A stretch of DNA of 28,869 nt from assembly GCA_034189845.1 (NCBI GenBank), contig JAXHUB010000144.1:1-28869 (forward strand), in the 5' to 3' direction. Positions 17,168 to 25,861 of this stretch are shown piece after piece (position 1 is the stretch's first letter; the number at the start of each line of letters is the position of its first letter). The DNA is from Candidatus Cloacimonadota bacterium (GTDB taxonomy: Bacteria; Cloacimonadota; Cloacimonadia; Cloacimonadales; TCS61). The translations under genes and the position numbers were made by a program. Below the pieces are notes generated by a model. The model worked only from the letters and a program-made list of their open reading frames with translations. It did no database searches and was not told the origin of the DNA.

Positions 17168-18450
17168 GAAGTCGGAAATTTCACCTTTTCGCTAACAGAG
17201 CGAATATGCAAATCTTGTTGTGGAAATGGAATTTCGATATTGTTTTTCTGGAATTCATCCCAAATCTTAATTAAAATTGCACTTTTGATATTGGCTATTC
17301 CATTTTGTGGATCACTTATCCAACAGTTTAATACAAAATTTACAGAGCTGTCACCAAATTCAGTTAATAAAACCTTAGGAGTAGGATCTTGCAAAATACG
17401 AGGTAGTTTTTGGGTTACTTTAAATAAGATATCCATCACCTGATGTATATCGGAATTGTAAGATACACCTACTTCCGCTTTGAAACGTACAAAATTATCA
17501 CTATGCGACCAATTTACTACTTGGTTGGTTATCATATTCTCGTTGGGTATCAAAAACTCCTTTCCATCTCGCGAAATTACTGATGTATAACGAGCTCCCA
17601 TCTTATTTACCCAACCAAACGTGTCTTCTACTTCTACCACATCACCCGGTTTTATCGACTCATCCAATAGCAAAATCAGCCCGCTTATGAGGTTGGAAAC
17701 TACTTTCTGCAATCCAAAACCAACACCAATACCAATAGCTCCGGTAATAAAAGCAAAAGCAGTAAGTTTTATTCCTAAATTAGAAATAATAATAAAAAAT
17801 ACTATAACAAAAAGCAGCACCTTGCTAACTTTGTTCAGCAACACCTGTAATGATGATTTTAGATTCTTGGAATGGAATAAACGATATTCAATAAACTGAC
17901 TAATCCTAATTGCCAGCCAGCTCAAAAATAATACCATGAAAAATGTTTTTATTAGTAACCAAACGGAAATATGCGAACCAGAAATATTTATAGCTAAAGA
18001 ATCTAAGAAGGATATTAGGCTTTCTAATTTTCCTATGCTATGAAATATAGCGGCTACCCAAGCAAAAAACAGTACAATTTTTTTTATGATAACATTTTTA
18101 ATAAAAAAGGTAACTACTCTAATTACAATAAGCACAGCCATAAGCGATAAAAATATATTGAAAAGCTGACTGGGTATTTGCAGAGCCATTAAAATATTTT
18201 CAGTTATAAACAACAAAATATAAGCTACTAACGGAAAGGTAATGCTTTGTAAAAATCTTATAAATATGGAAGCAGTTTTATCTTTTTTTGCAATAAAATT
18301 TCTTAAAATTCTACCTATGAAAAAACTTAAAGATAAAATTCCGATGATAATAAGCGCTTGAAAGAGAAAATTAACATCTTTTAGATTATCCCAAACTATA
18401 TTCCATAGTTCAGTTAACCAAACCCCGATTTTTTGTAATAGCTTTTCCAT
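17164..18450 (-). CDS. mscS: MscS-family mechanosensitive channel
   Basis: Several N-terminal transmembrane segments, GAIGIGVGFGLQKVVSNLISG, IKPGDVVEV, IPNE.MIT..VVNWS, FGDSSVNF and IEIPFPQ.DLH. Confidence 0.92.
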   Translation of the reverse strand: MEKLLQKIGVWLTELWNIVWDNLKDVNFLFQALIIIGILSLSFFIGRILRNFIAKKDKTASIFIRFLQSITFPLVAYILLFITENILMALQIPSQLFNIFLSLMAVLIVIRVVTFFIKNVIIKKIVLFFAWVAAIFHSIGKLESLISFLDSLAINISGSHISVWLLIKTFFMVLFLSWLAIRISQFIEYRLFHSKNLKSSLQVLLNKVSKVLLFVIVFFIIISNLGIKLTAFAFITGAIGIGVGFGLQKVVSNLISGLILLLDESIKPGDVVEVEDTFGWVNKMGARYTSVISRDGKEFLIPNENMITNQVVNWSHSDNFVRFKAEVGVSYNSDIHQVMDILFKVTQKLPRILQDPTPKVLLTEFGDSSVNFVLNCWISDPQNGIANIKSAILIKIWDEFQKNNIEIPFPQQDLHIRSVSEKVKFPTS

Positions 18451-18458
18451 TCTTTCCT

Positions 18459-19790
18459 CTATTCGTTATGCTCAAATTTTTCTGGAATATTTTTAGGAGT
18501 TTCCGCACCCATTTGCTTCAGTTTTTCTACCCGCGAAACCAAATTTCCACGTCCTGTGTGCAGTTTTTTTTCCGCCTCACTATAAGCCTCACGTGCTTTT
18601 TTCAAATTAACATCGATTTTTTCCATATCTTTAAGAAAACCTACGAATTTATCGTACAGAAGTCCGCCCTGTCGAGCTATTTCCATAGCATTCTTGTTCT
18701 GATTTTCTTGCCGCCAAATATAGGCAATGGTACGTAAAGTTGCCAAAAGGGTAGTAGGACTAACTATAACTATCTGTTTTTCCAAAGCAAATCGATAAAG
18801 CTCATTATATTGCTGCATCACCAAACTAAAACTACCCTCTATTGGCATAAACAGCATTACAAAATCAGGACTATTCAAATCTTTTATGCCAGAATAATGC
18901 TTTTTGTGTAACTCTTTTATATGGCTTCTTACAGAATTGATAAGCTCTTTTAAATATTTCTTTTGTTCTTGTCCCTCTTCGGCGGCAACCAACTTTTCAT
19001 AGGCAACCAAAGAAACCTTGGAATCAATTATTATATGCTTCTCCTCGGGAAGTTTTACTACCACATCCGGCTGTAAGCGTTTTCTGTTATCATCAGTAAA
19101 GCTAGGTTGTGTATCATATTCGCTTCCTTTTCGTAAACCAGATTCTTCCAAAATTCTTTCCAAAATAACCTCTCCCCAATTCCCCTGAACTTTTACTTCA
19201 CCTTTCAAAGCTTTGGTAAGGTTATTAGCATCATCACTTATCTGCTGATTTAACTGCTGTAGCTGTTTTATCTGTTCGGTTAGTGAAATATTCGATTTTA
19301 AACTTTCTTTATGTGTGTTTTCTACTTTTTCTTCAAATTCTTTTATCTTCTCACGCAGGGGAGTGAGCAATTCCTGTAGATTTTTCTGGTTTTTTTCTGT
19401 AAAACGCTTGCTTTTGTCCTCCAAAATCTCGTTTGCCAAATTTTGGAAACTATCCCTAAACCTGGTTTGAAGCTCTTCCAGTTCTGCTTTATTTTCTGCC
19501 ATTTTTTGCTGTAAATTTTTGTTTTCAGTTTTTATTTGGGAATTAAAATTACTTAAATCCAGTATTTTATCACTCTTTTGATTAATTTCGCTGTTTAGCT
19601 TATCTTTTTCCATTTCCAAAAATTCGTTTTGAGTTTTTAATTTGGTATTTTCGGAACTTACTATTTGTAATTCATCTTGTAACCTTTTTATTTCCCCTTC
19701 GGTTTTCAGCTTTTTAGTTAGAAAAATACCTACTATTACTGCAGCCAAAATAATTGCTATTGCAATGACCAAAACATCAAACATTTTCAC
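18459..19790 (-). CDS. rmuC: DNA recombination protein RmuC
   Basis: N-terminal transmembrane segment and coiled coil, QGNWGEVILERILE.SGL, QPDVVVKLP, IDSKVSL, DFVMLFMPIE and SPTTLLATL. Confidence 0.93.
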   Translation of the reverse strand: MKMFDVLVIAIAIILAAVIVGIFLTKKLKTEGEIKRLQDELQIVSSENTKLKTQNEFLEMEKDKLNSEINQKSDKILDLSNFNSQIKTENKNLQQKMAENKAELEELQTRFRDSFQNLANEILEDKSKRFTEKNQKNLQELLTPLREKIKEFEEKVENTHKESLKSNISLTEQIKQLQQLNQQISDDANNLTKALKGEVKVQGNWGEVILERILEESGLRKGSEYDTQPSFTDDNRKRLQPDVVVKLPEEKHIIIDSKVSLVAYEKLVAAEEGQEQKKYLKELINSVRSHIKELHKKHYSGIKDLNSPDFVMLFMPIEGSFSLVMQQYNELYRFALEKQIVIVSPTTLLATLRTIAYIWRQENQNKNAMEIARQGGLLYDKFVGFLKDMEKIDVNLKKAREAYSEAEKKLHTGRGNLVSRVEKLKQMGAETPKNIPEKFEHNE

Positions 19791-20809
19791 TCCATATCTT
19801 GTATTTCTTTTACTACCTTCTGTAGTAATTCCTGTTTTTCTCGGAAAGGTAAAAAGGCACTAACAAAACCATTTACTGCTACTTGTTTAATTTCATTCCA
19901 GCCCCAGCTAAATTTTTCTACAGCTGTTATATACTCTTTGCTTAGGGTAGTATTCGATATCAATCTATTATCTGTATTTAAAGTTACACGTAGACCTTTT
20001 TTTAGGTAATCTTTTACTGGATGCTCTGCCAAACTTTTCACAGCTTTAGTCTGTAAATTGCTAATCAAACATACTTCTAGTGGAATACGATGATCATTCA
20101 CATAGTTCAGCAGATCCTCATCTTCATAGAGACGTGTACCATGACCAATTCTGTGAGCACCACATTTATGCAGGGATTGTTTTATACTATCCGCACCAGC
20201 TGCCTCACCAGCATGCACAGTTAAGTTCATATTGTGCTCATGAACCAAATCAAAAGCTTTTTTATGCTCGGAAGCGGGAAATCCAGCTTCAGCTCCAGCC
20301 AAGTCATAGCCAACCACCCCTTTGTTCTTATATTTCACGGCTAACCTAGCAAGATCATAAGAAATAGAAGGCTTCATATGGCGCATTCCGCAAATTATCA
20401 CTCCACTTTTCACATTAAATTTCTTCTCGCCTTCTTTCAAACCAGACAAAATAGCATTGTTCACCTTTTCCAAACTTAGTCCTTTTTCGGTATGCAAAAT
20501 AGGTGAATAGCGTACTTCCATATAAATCACATTTTCAGTTGCAACATCCTCAGCCAGTTCCAAAGCAATGCGGTGCAAAGCTTCTTCTGTTTGCATCACA
20601 CTGCAGGTTACTTTAAACCCCTGAAGATACTCTTCCAAACTTTCGCACTTTTCATCACAACAAATATATGCCTGCAATTCTTCTTTTTTTGTGGTTGGTA
20701 GTTTTACTTTATTTTTTTTAGCCAAATCTAAAATTGTGTTTAACCGCAAAGAACCGTCTAAATGCAAATGTAGATCAGTCTTAGGAATTTTTTTTATTTT
20801 TTTTTGCAT
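19787..20809 (-). CDS. add: Adenosine deaminase
   Basis: DLHLHLDGS, GYDLAGAE, HAGE, RIGHG, EVCLISN and NTDN. AGGAGG RBS upstream. Confidence 0.92.
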   Translation of the reverse strand: MQKKIKKIPKTDLHLHLDGSLRLNTILDLAKKNKVKLPTTKKEELQAYICCDEKCESLEEYLQGFKVTCSVMQTEEALHRIALELAEDVATENVIYMEVRYSPILHTEKGLSLEKVNNAILSGLKEGEKKFNVKSGVIICGMRHMKPSISYDLARLAVKYKNKGVVGYDLAGAEAGFPASEHKKAFDLVHEHNMNLTVHAGEAAGADSIKQSLHKCGAHRIGHGTRLYEDEDLLNYVNDHRIPLEVCLISNLQTKAVKSLAEHPVKDYLKKGLRVTLNTDNRLISNTTLSKEYITAVEKFSWGWNEIKQVAVNGFVSAFLPFREKQELLQKVVKEIQDME

Positions 20810-20924
20810 TATTTCCTCCTAAAGCTTGATTAATATTTTAAATTTAGCTGTCAAAGAAAAACTGCCTAAAAATATCTTGCCACCCAGTATAACATTGCAA
20901 AATTAGTCTGGTAAAGGAGAGACG

Positions 20925-21770
20925 ATGCGAACAATAGATGTTAAAATCTTAACCCAAAAAGTTGCGGAACTTTGCCAAAACAGCAATTATTACATTGATC
21001 CGCAGGTTATTGAAAAAATCCATTTTTTTAGAAAGCATGAAACTTCCAAGCTGGCAAAAGATATTCTGGATACACTTTTAGAAAACTACCAACTAGCGGC
21101 TGAAAAGAAACTGCCAATCTGCCAGGATACAGGCCTTGCTAATATTTTTGTGGAAGTTGGCAGCGAAATACATTTTGTGAATGGAGATGCAAACCAGGCA
21201 ATACAAAATGGAGTAAAACAGGGATACAAACAAGGTTACTTGCGCAAATCAGTAGTGAGCGACCCGCTTTTTTTAAGGAAAAATACGCAAGACAATACTC
21301 CCGCTCTCATCTATTGGGAAATAGTTCCAGGAAATAAGATTAAGCTTACAGTCGCCCCCAAAGGAGCTGGCTCGGAGAATATGAGCCAAATTGCTATGCT
21401 AAAACCAACAGATGGAGTTCGGTGTGTAAAAAATTTCGTACTAAAAACCATAAAAGAAGCAGGAGGCAATCCTTGCCCACCCATTATCGTAGGCATCGGC
21501 ATCGGTGGCAGTTTCGATAAAGCGGCCCTACTTTCCAAAAAAGCTCTGCTATTACCTTTGCAAAAAAATAATAAAGATCCCAAGTTTGCTGCTTTGGAAA
21601 CCCAGCTTCTAGAAGATATCAACCAACTAGGAATTGGACCGCAAGGATTTGGCGGATTTACTACCGCTCTGAAGGTTAATATCCTACAACAACCCTGCCA
21701 CATTGCCTCACTACCAGTAGCGGTTAATATCCAATGTCATGTACACCGACATCAAACTGTGGAAATTTAG
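20925..21770 (+). CDS. Fe-S hydro-lyase alpha subunit (class I fumarate hydratase / L-tartrate dehydratase type)
   Basis: ICQDTG, KGAGSEN, AGGNPCPP, GIGPQGFGG and NIQCHVHRH. AAGGAG RBS. Confidence 0.92.
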   Translation: MRTIDVKILTQKVAELCQNSNYYIDPQVIEKIHFFRKHETSKLAKDILDTLLENYQLAAEKKLPICQDTGLANIFVEVGSEIHFVNGDANQAIQNGVKQGYKQGYLRKSVVSDPLFLRKNTQDNTPALIYWEIVPGNKIKLTVAPKGAGSENMSQIAMLKPTDGVRCVKNFVLKTIKEAGGNPCPPIIVGIGIGGSFDKAALLSKKALLLPLQKNNKDPKFAALETQLLEDINQLGIGPQGFGGFTTALKVNILQQPCHIASLPVAVNIQCHVHRHQTVEI

Positions 21771-21779
21771 GAAAACTTT

Positions 21780-22307
21780 ATGGAACATTATTTAACAACT
21801 CCCCTGCAGAACGAAGATATAAATAAATTGCAGATAGGCGATAAAGTTTTTATAAGCGGTAAAGTGTACACAGCTCGCGATGCTGTTCATAAAAAATTGA
21901 TAGAATTATTGGAAAAAGGCCAAGTACTTCCTTTCCAGCTACAAGGTGCCGTAATTTATTATGTTGGCCCAGCTCTAGCTCCACCAGGTTTACCAATTGG
22001 TTCAGCTGGCCCCACTACCAGTTATCGCATGGATCCCTTTACACCTACATTGCTTAAAGCTGGAGTAAAAGCTATGATTGGTAAGGGCCCGCGTTCTCCA
22101 AAAGTTATTAGCGCTATTAAAAATACCAATTCTGTTTATCTGGCAGCAATTGGCGGCGCCGCTGTGGTAGTGGCGCAAGCGGTAAAAAGCAGTAAAGTTA
22201 TCGCCTATCCCGAATTGGGGCCGGAGGCTATTTATGAATTGGAAGTGGAAAACCTGCCTTGTTATGTAGCAATAAACAGTTCCGGTAAGAATATTTATGA
22301 GCAATGA
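21780..22307 (+). CDS. Fe-S hydro-lyase beta subunit (class I fumarate hydratase / tartrate dehydratase type)
   Basis: SGKVYTARD, GPTTSYRMD, MIGKG, GGAA and ELGPEAI. Confidence 0.92.
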   Translation: MEHYLTTPLQNEDINKLQIGDKVFISGKVYTARDAVHKKLIELLEKGQVLPFQLQGAVIYYVGPALAPPGLPIGSAGPTTSYRMDPFTPTLLKAGVKAMIGKGPRSPKVISAIKNTNSVYLAAIGGAAVVVAQAVKSSKVIAYPELGPEAIYELEVENLPCYVAINSSGKNIYEQ

Positions 22308-23424
22308 AATGGAAATTTCTGTCGCCCAACAAAAACCACTTAACTTCCAACAACTGCAGCAGCAAATCATTCCAAAATGGGAAAAATTTCTGGGCAATTG
22401 CTCTTCCCTGCTTATAATAGTTAACGACAGCATCCGCACCACGCCCACAGCTCAAATCCTGCAAATCTTGTTTCCTTATATCAAGCATCTTTCCTACCAA
22501 ATCCTCATCGCTACCGGTACACACAGTGCCCAGACTGATTTAGCGCAGTTAGTAGGAAAAGAATTTGCCCCTAATATAAATAGAATCCATTTTCATGATG
22601 CCCTGCGTGACAAAATGTTCTATTTGGGTAAAACCAGCATGGGAACAGAAGTACATTTGAATAAACTCATTCAGGGGTTTACCAAAATTTTGGTGATCGG
22701 TTCAGTAGAACCACATTATTTTGCTGGTTTTACCGGTGGGCGCAAAGCCTTCCTACCTGGTACCGCCGCTTACAGCAGCATCCAGCAAAACCATAAACTG
22801 GCCTTGCAATCGGAAACAAAATTAGCAAATCTATCTGCTAATCCAGTGCACCAAGATATGCACGAAGCTGCTTGCATGTTGCAAAAAGATATTTTCTCTA
22901 TTCAAACTGTGGGATACGATAACATAGTAGCGCTGACTGTGGGAGATTTAGAAAACAGCTTTTTAGAAGCAGTCAAAGAGGCTAAAAAAATATTCCTAAA
23001 TAAACTACCACATAAATTTTTGCTAGTAATTGCTAAAGTGAATCCGCCCTTTTCACACTCCTTGTACCAAGCCCATAAGGCTTTGGAAAATTGCAAACAA
23101 GCCCTTAAAGCCAAGGGCACATTTATATTGGAAGCAAGCTGCACAGATGGTGTGGGCAAAAACAGCCGCTTTTGGCAGCTGCTGCAAAAATTTGCAGACC
23201 ATGAACAACTTTTAGCAAATTGCAGCCAAAATTACGTTTTAGGTGACCACAAAGCGGTGAAAATTTCCGAATTTCTACAAAACAATCATTTGTGGATAAT
23301 TAGCAAAAACCTGAGAACAAACTCGCAGATAAAAAATTTACATATTTTTTCCAAACTTCCTAAAATAAGCAATAAAACTGAGATTTTAACAATTAACCGC
23401 GCTGCTTTGCAGGCAATAATTTAA
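22297..23424 (+). CDS. LarA-family nickel-pincer-nucleotide-dependent racemase/epimerase
   Basis: DSIR, ATGTH, G.TSMGT.V.LN, EPHYFAGFTGGRK, QNH and LYQAHK match the LarA active-site motifs. Confidence 0.85.
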   Translation: MSNEMEISVAQQKPLNFQQLQQQIIPKWEKFLGNCSSLLIIVNDSIRTTPTAQILQILFPYIKHLSYQILIATGTHSAQTDLAQLVGKEFAPNINRIHFHDALRDKMFYLGKTSMGTEVHLNKLIQGFTKILVIGSVEPHYFAGFTGGRKAFLPGTAAYSSIQQNHKLALQSETKLANLSANPVHQDMHEAACMLQKDIFSIQTVGYDNIVALTVGDLENSFLEAVKEAKKIFLNKLPHKFLLVIAKVNPPFSHSLYQAHKALENCKQALKAKGTFILEASCTDGVGKNSRFWQLLQKFADHEQLLANCSQNYVLGDHKAVKISEFLQNNHLWIISKNLRTNSQIKNLHIFSKLPKISNKTEILTINRAALQAII

Positions 23425-24094
23425 GAAAATAAAAAAAGTATTTGAAAGTGACGCCTGACAGCTCTTTTTCGACATTAGTATATCGATACTTCATTATCGG
23501 ATAAGCCGATAAACCAAAGAGGAGATGATATAAATGACGTCTAATTGACAGAGATTGTCAAAGCAATAGAAGTTCTTTATATTTTGATAGAACTGTAATA
23601 AAAAAACATAGCTATCGGGAAATATTGGAAGCTTACAATGTTTTATAAAGTAGTCATCCCATTAATCGCAGTGCATACATAAATTTCTTAAAATCTTTCT
23701 GCAGCAAGCTCTGAACCCGATCGACAAATACCTGCCCGATGAACTCAGTGAGGCTGGGATCTGCTCAAGCCCCAGATATTTCGTCGTTTGCCTACGTAAG
23801 AATTTCTCCACGTTATGCAACATGGCAAGCAATATGACGGGCTTTTTTAAAATTCTGCAAGCTGAAATTCGAGGTGAGTTTTCTCCTTGCTATTCATAAG
23901 TTGTCCTTGTAAGGGAACCTACAAATGGTTTGCAGTAAGAGAAAACTACAATTAAGCTAGCAGCAAAAGCTGAATAATTCCTGTCGCAGCAGCTTCCAAA
24001 CACCAATCTCCAAAAAATCAAAATCTTTTCCTTTACATTTAAACCAGAAATTATCTAAGTTACACTTTTTAAAAACACTTTTTCAGGAGTTAAT

Positions 24095-25651
24095 ATGAAA
24101 GTATCTGAGAAATTAGAAATGCTGAAAAAGCGTGAAGAAAAAGTTAAACAAATGGGAGGCGAAAAACGAGTTAAGAAACAGCACGATAAAGGCAAACTAA
24201 CAGCTCGTGAGCGCATCGAATTACTTTTTGATAAAGGCACATTTCGAGAGATCGATATGCTAGCACATCACCGCTCCACCAATTTTGGAATGGACAAGAT
24301 AGATGTTAATTCAGATGGAGTGATTACAGGGCATGGATTGGTAAATGGCCGTCCTGTTTTTGCTTATTCCCAAGATTTTACTTCACGCGGAGGTTCACTA
24401 GGTGAACGTCATGCATCCAAAATCGCCAAGATTATGGACTTAGCACTAAAAGCCGGTGTGCCGGTAGTTGGTATAAACGATTCCGGTGGAGCTCGGGTGG
24501 AAGAAGGAATAGACGCCTTAAAAGGTTATGGCGAAATCTTTTTCCGCAACTCACGCGCTTCAGGAGTTATCCCACAAATCTCGGCAATAATGGGGCCCTG
24601 CGCTGGTGGAGCTGTATATTCTCCAGCTATGACCGATTTTATTTTTATGGTGAAGAAAAAAAGCCATATGTTCATCACCAGCCCTTATGTAATAGAAACC
24701 GTTACCGGCGAAAAAACTACATTTGAAGAACTGGGTGGGGCTATGGTTCATAACACCAAAAGCGGTAATGCCCACTTTGCCTGCGATAGCGATGAAGACG
24801 CGATCGAGCAGATAAAAATTCTGCTTAGTTTTCTGCCTTCCAACAATATGGAAGATCCACCCAAGCTTCCTACGGGCGATGATCCTAAAAGAAGCTGTCC
24901 TGAACTGGATTCGCTAATCCCAGACAATTCTAAGGCGCCCTACGATATGAAAGACGCCATCCATGCTATATTGGATAACGGCGATTTTTTTGAACCACAC
25001 GAATTTTACGCTGAAAATGCCGTGATCGGTTTTGGCAGACTAAATGGTCGTGTGGTGGGCGTAGTTGGCAATCAACCGCTTATTTTGGCCGGCTGTTTAG
25101 ACATAGATGCTTCCGATAAAATTAGCCGGTTTGTGCGCACCTGTGATGCTTTTAATATACCTCTTCTTACTTTCGTAGATGTACCGGGTTATTTACCCGG
25201 TCTGCAACAAGAATGGGGTGGAATAATTCGTCATGGAGCTAAGCTGCTGTGGAGCTATTCAGAAGCTACAGTTCCCAAACTCACAGTTGTTACTAGGAAG
25301 AATTATGGCGGCTCTTACATCGCCATGAGCTCGCAACATTTGGGTGCCGATATGATATTTGCCTGGCCCACAGCCGAGATAGCTGTAATGGGCGCTCAGG
25401 GTGCCGTGAATGTTGTTTCCAGCTATCGTAAGCAAATAAAAGAAGCAGAAAACCCTGAAGCTATGCGACAGGAAAAAATAAAAGAATATGAAGATGCTTT
25501 CAACAATCCTTATATAGCTGCCGAACGAGGCTACATTGAAGCGATAATACAACCTCGCGAAACCAGAATACGCCTTATTGATGCTTTGGAAATTCTGTGC
25601 ACCAAGAGCGAAGCACTTCCACCCAAAAAACATGGTAACATTCCCCATTAG
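24095..25651 (+). CDS. mmdA: Acyl-CoA carboxyltransferase subunit (methylmalonyl-CoA decarboxylase alpha / transcarboxylase 12S type)
   Basis: KGKLTARERI, DSGGARVEEG, GPCAGGAVYSPA, FVDVPGYLPG, GIIRHGAKLL, AVMGAQGAV and PPKKHGNIP. Confidence 0.93.
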   Translation: MKVSEKLEMLKKREEKVKQMGGEKRVKKQHDKGKLTARERIELLFDKGTFREIDMLAHHRSTNFGMDKIDVNSDGVITGHGLVNGRPVFAYSQDFTSRGGSLGERHASKIAKIMDLALKAGVPVVGINDSGGARVEEGIDALKGYGEIFFRNSRASGVIPQISAIMGPCAGGAVYSPAMTDFIFMVKKKSHMFITSPYVIETVTGEKTTFEELGGAMVHNTKSGNAHFACDSDEDAIEQIKILLSFLPSNNMEDPPKLPTGDDPKRSCPELDSLIPDNSKAPYDMKDAIHAILDNGDFFEPHEFYAENAVIGFGRLNGRVVGVVGNQPLILAGCLDIDASDKISRFVRTCDAFNIPLLTFVDVPGYLPGLQQEWGGIIRHGAKLLWSYSEATVPKLTVVTRKNYGGSYIAMSSQHLGADMIFAWPTAEIAVMGAQGAVNVVSSYRKQIKEAENPEAMRQEKIKEYEDAFNNPYIAAERGYIEAIIQPRETRIRLIDALEILCTKSEALPPKKHGNIPH

Positions 25652-25660
25652 GAACTTCTT

Positions 25661-25846
25661 ATGAATGAAGAAAGAAAAAAGAAACTGAAAGCTGCCATTT
25701 TTGGCGCTATTTACTACATAATGGAAGAGGAAGAACAGAAACCCAAAGTAAATCGCTGGTCACGCTTCAGTCGCTTGCAAATAATGCACAACCGCATGCA
25801 GGTGCAAATGCGTTCCAACAGAAATTTTTCTATAAAAAGATTTTAA
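25661..25846 (+). CDS. 61-aa small protein, candidate epsilon-like accessory subunit of the carboxylase complex
   Basis: Has its own AGGA RBS and fills the gap between two operon genes. Contains an AAIFGAIYY helix and a W..FSR segment. Confidence 0.7.
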   Translation: MNEERKKKLKAAIFGAIYYIMEEEEQKPKVNRWSRFSRLQIMHNRMQVQMRSNRNFSIKRF

Positions 25847-25861
25847 TTAACGGAGGTTTGA

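Noticed and set aside
23709-23750. TPP-like (TGAACCCGATC..AATACCTGC), SAM-I-like (GCCCGATGAA) and cobalamin-like (ACCTGCC, AAGGGAA) fragments
   Set aside because: Only isolated motifs. The required pairings and flanking conserved elements are missing or in the wrong order.
23765-23791. Minus-strand GCAAACGACGAA reading ANDEISGA*, resembling the tmRNA tag ANDENYALAA
   Set aside because: No tRNA-like GGGG 5' end or CCACCA 3' end in the gap, and the peptide lacks the terminal ALAA-like degron.
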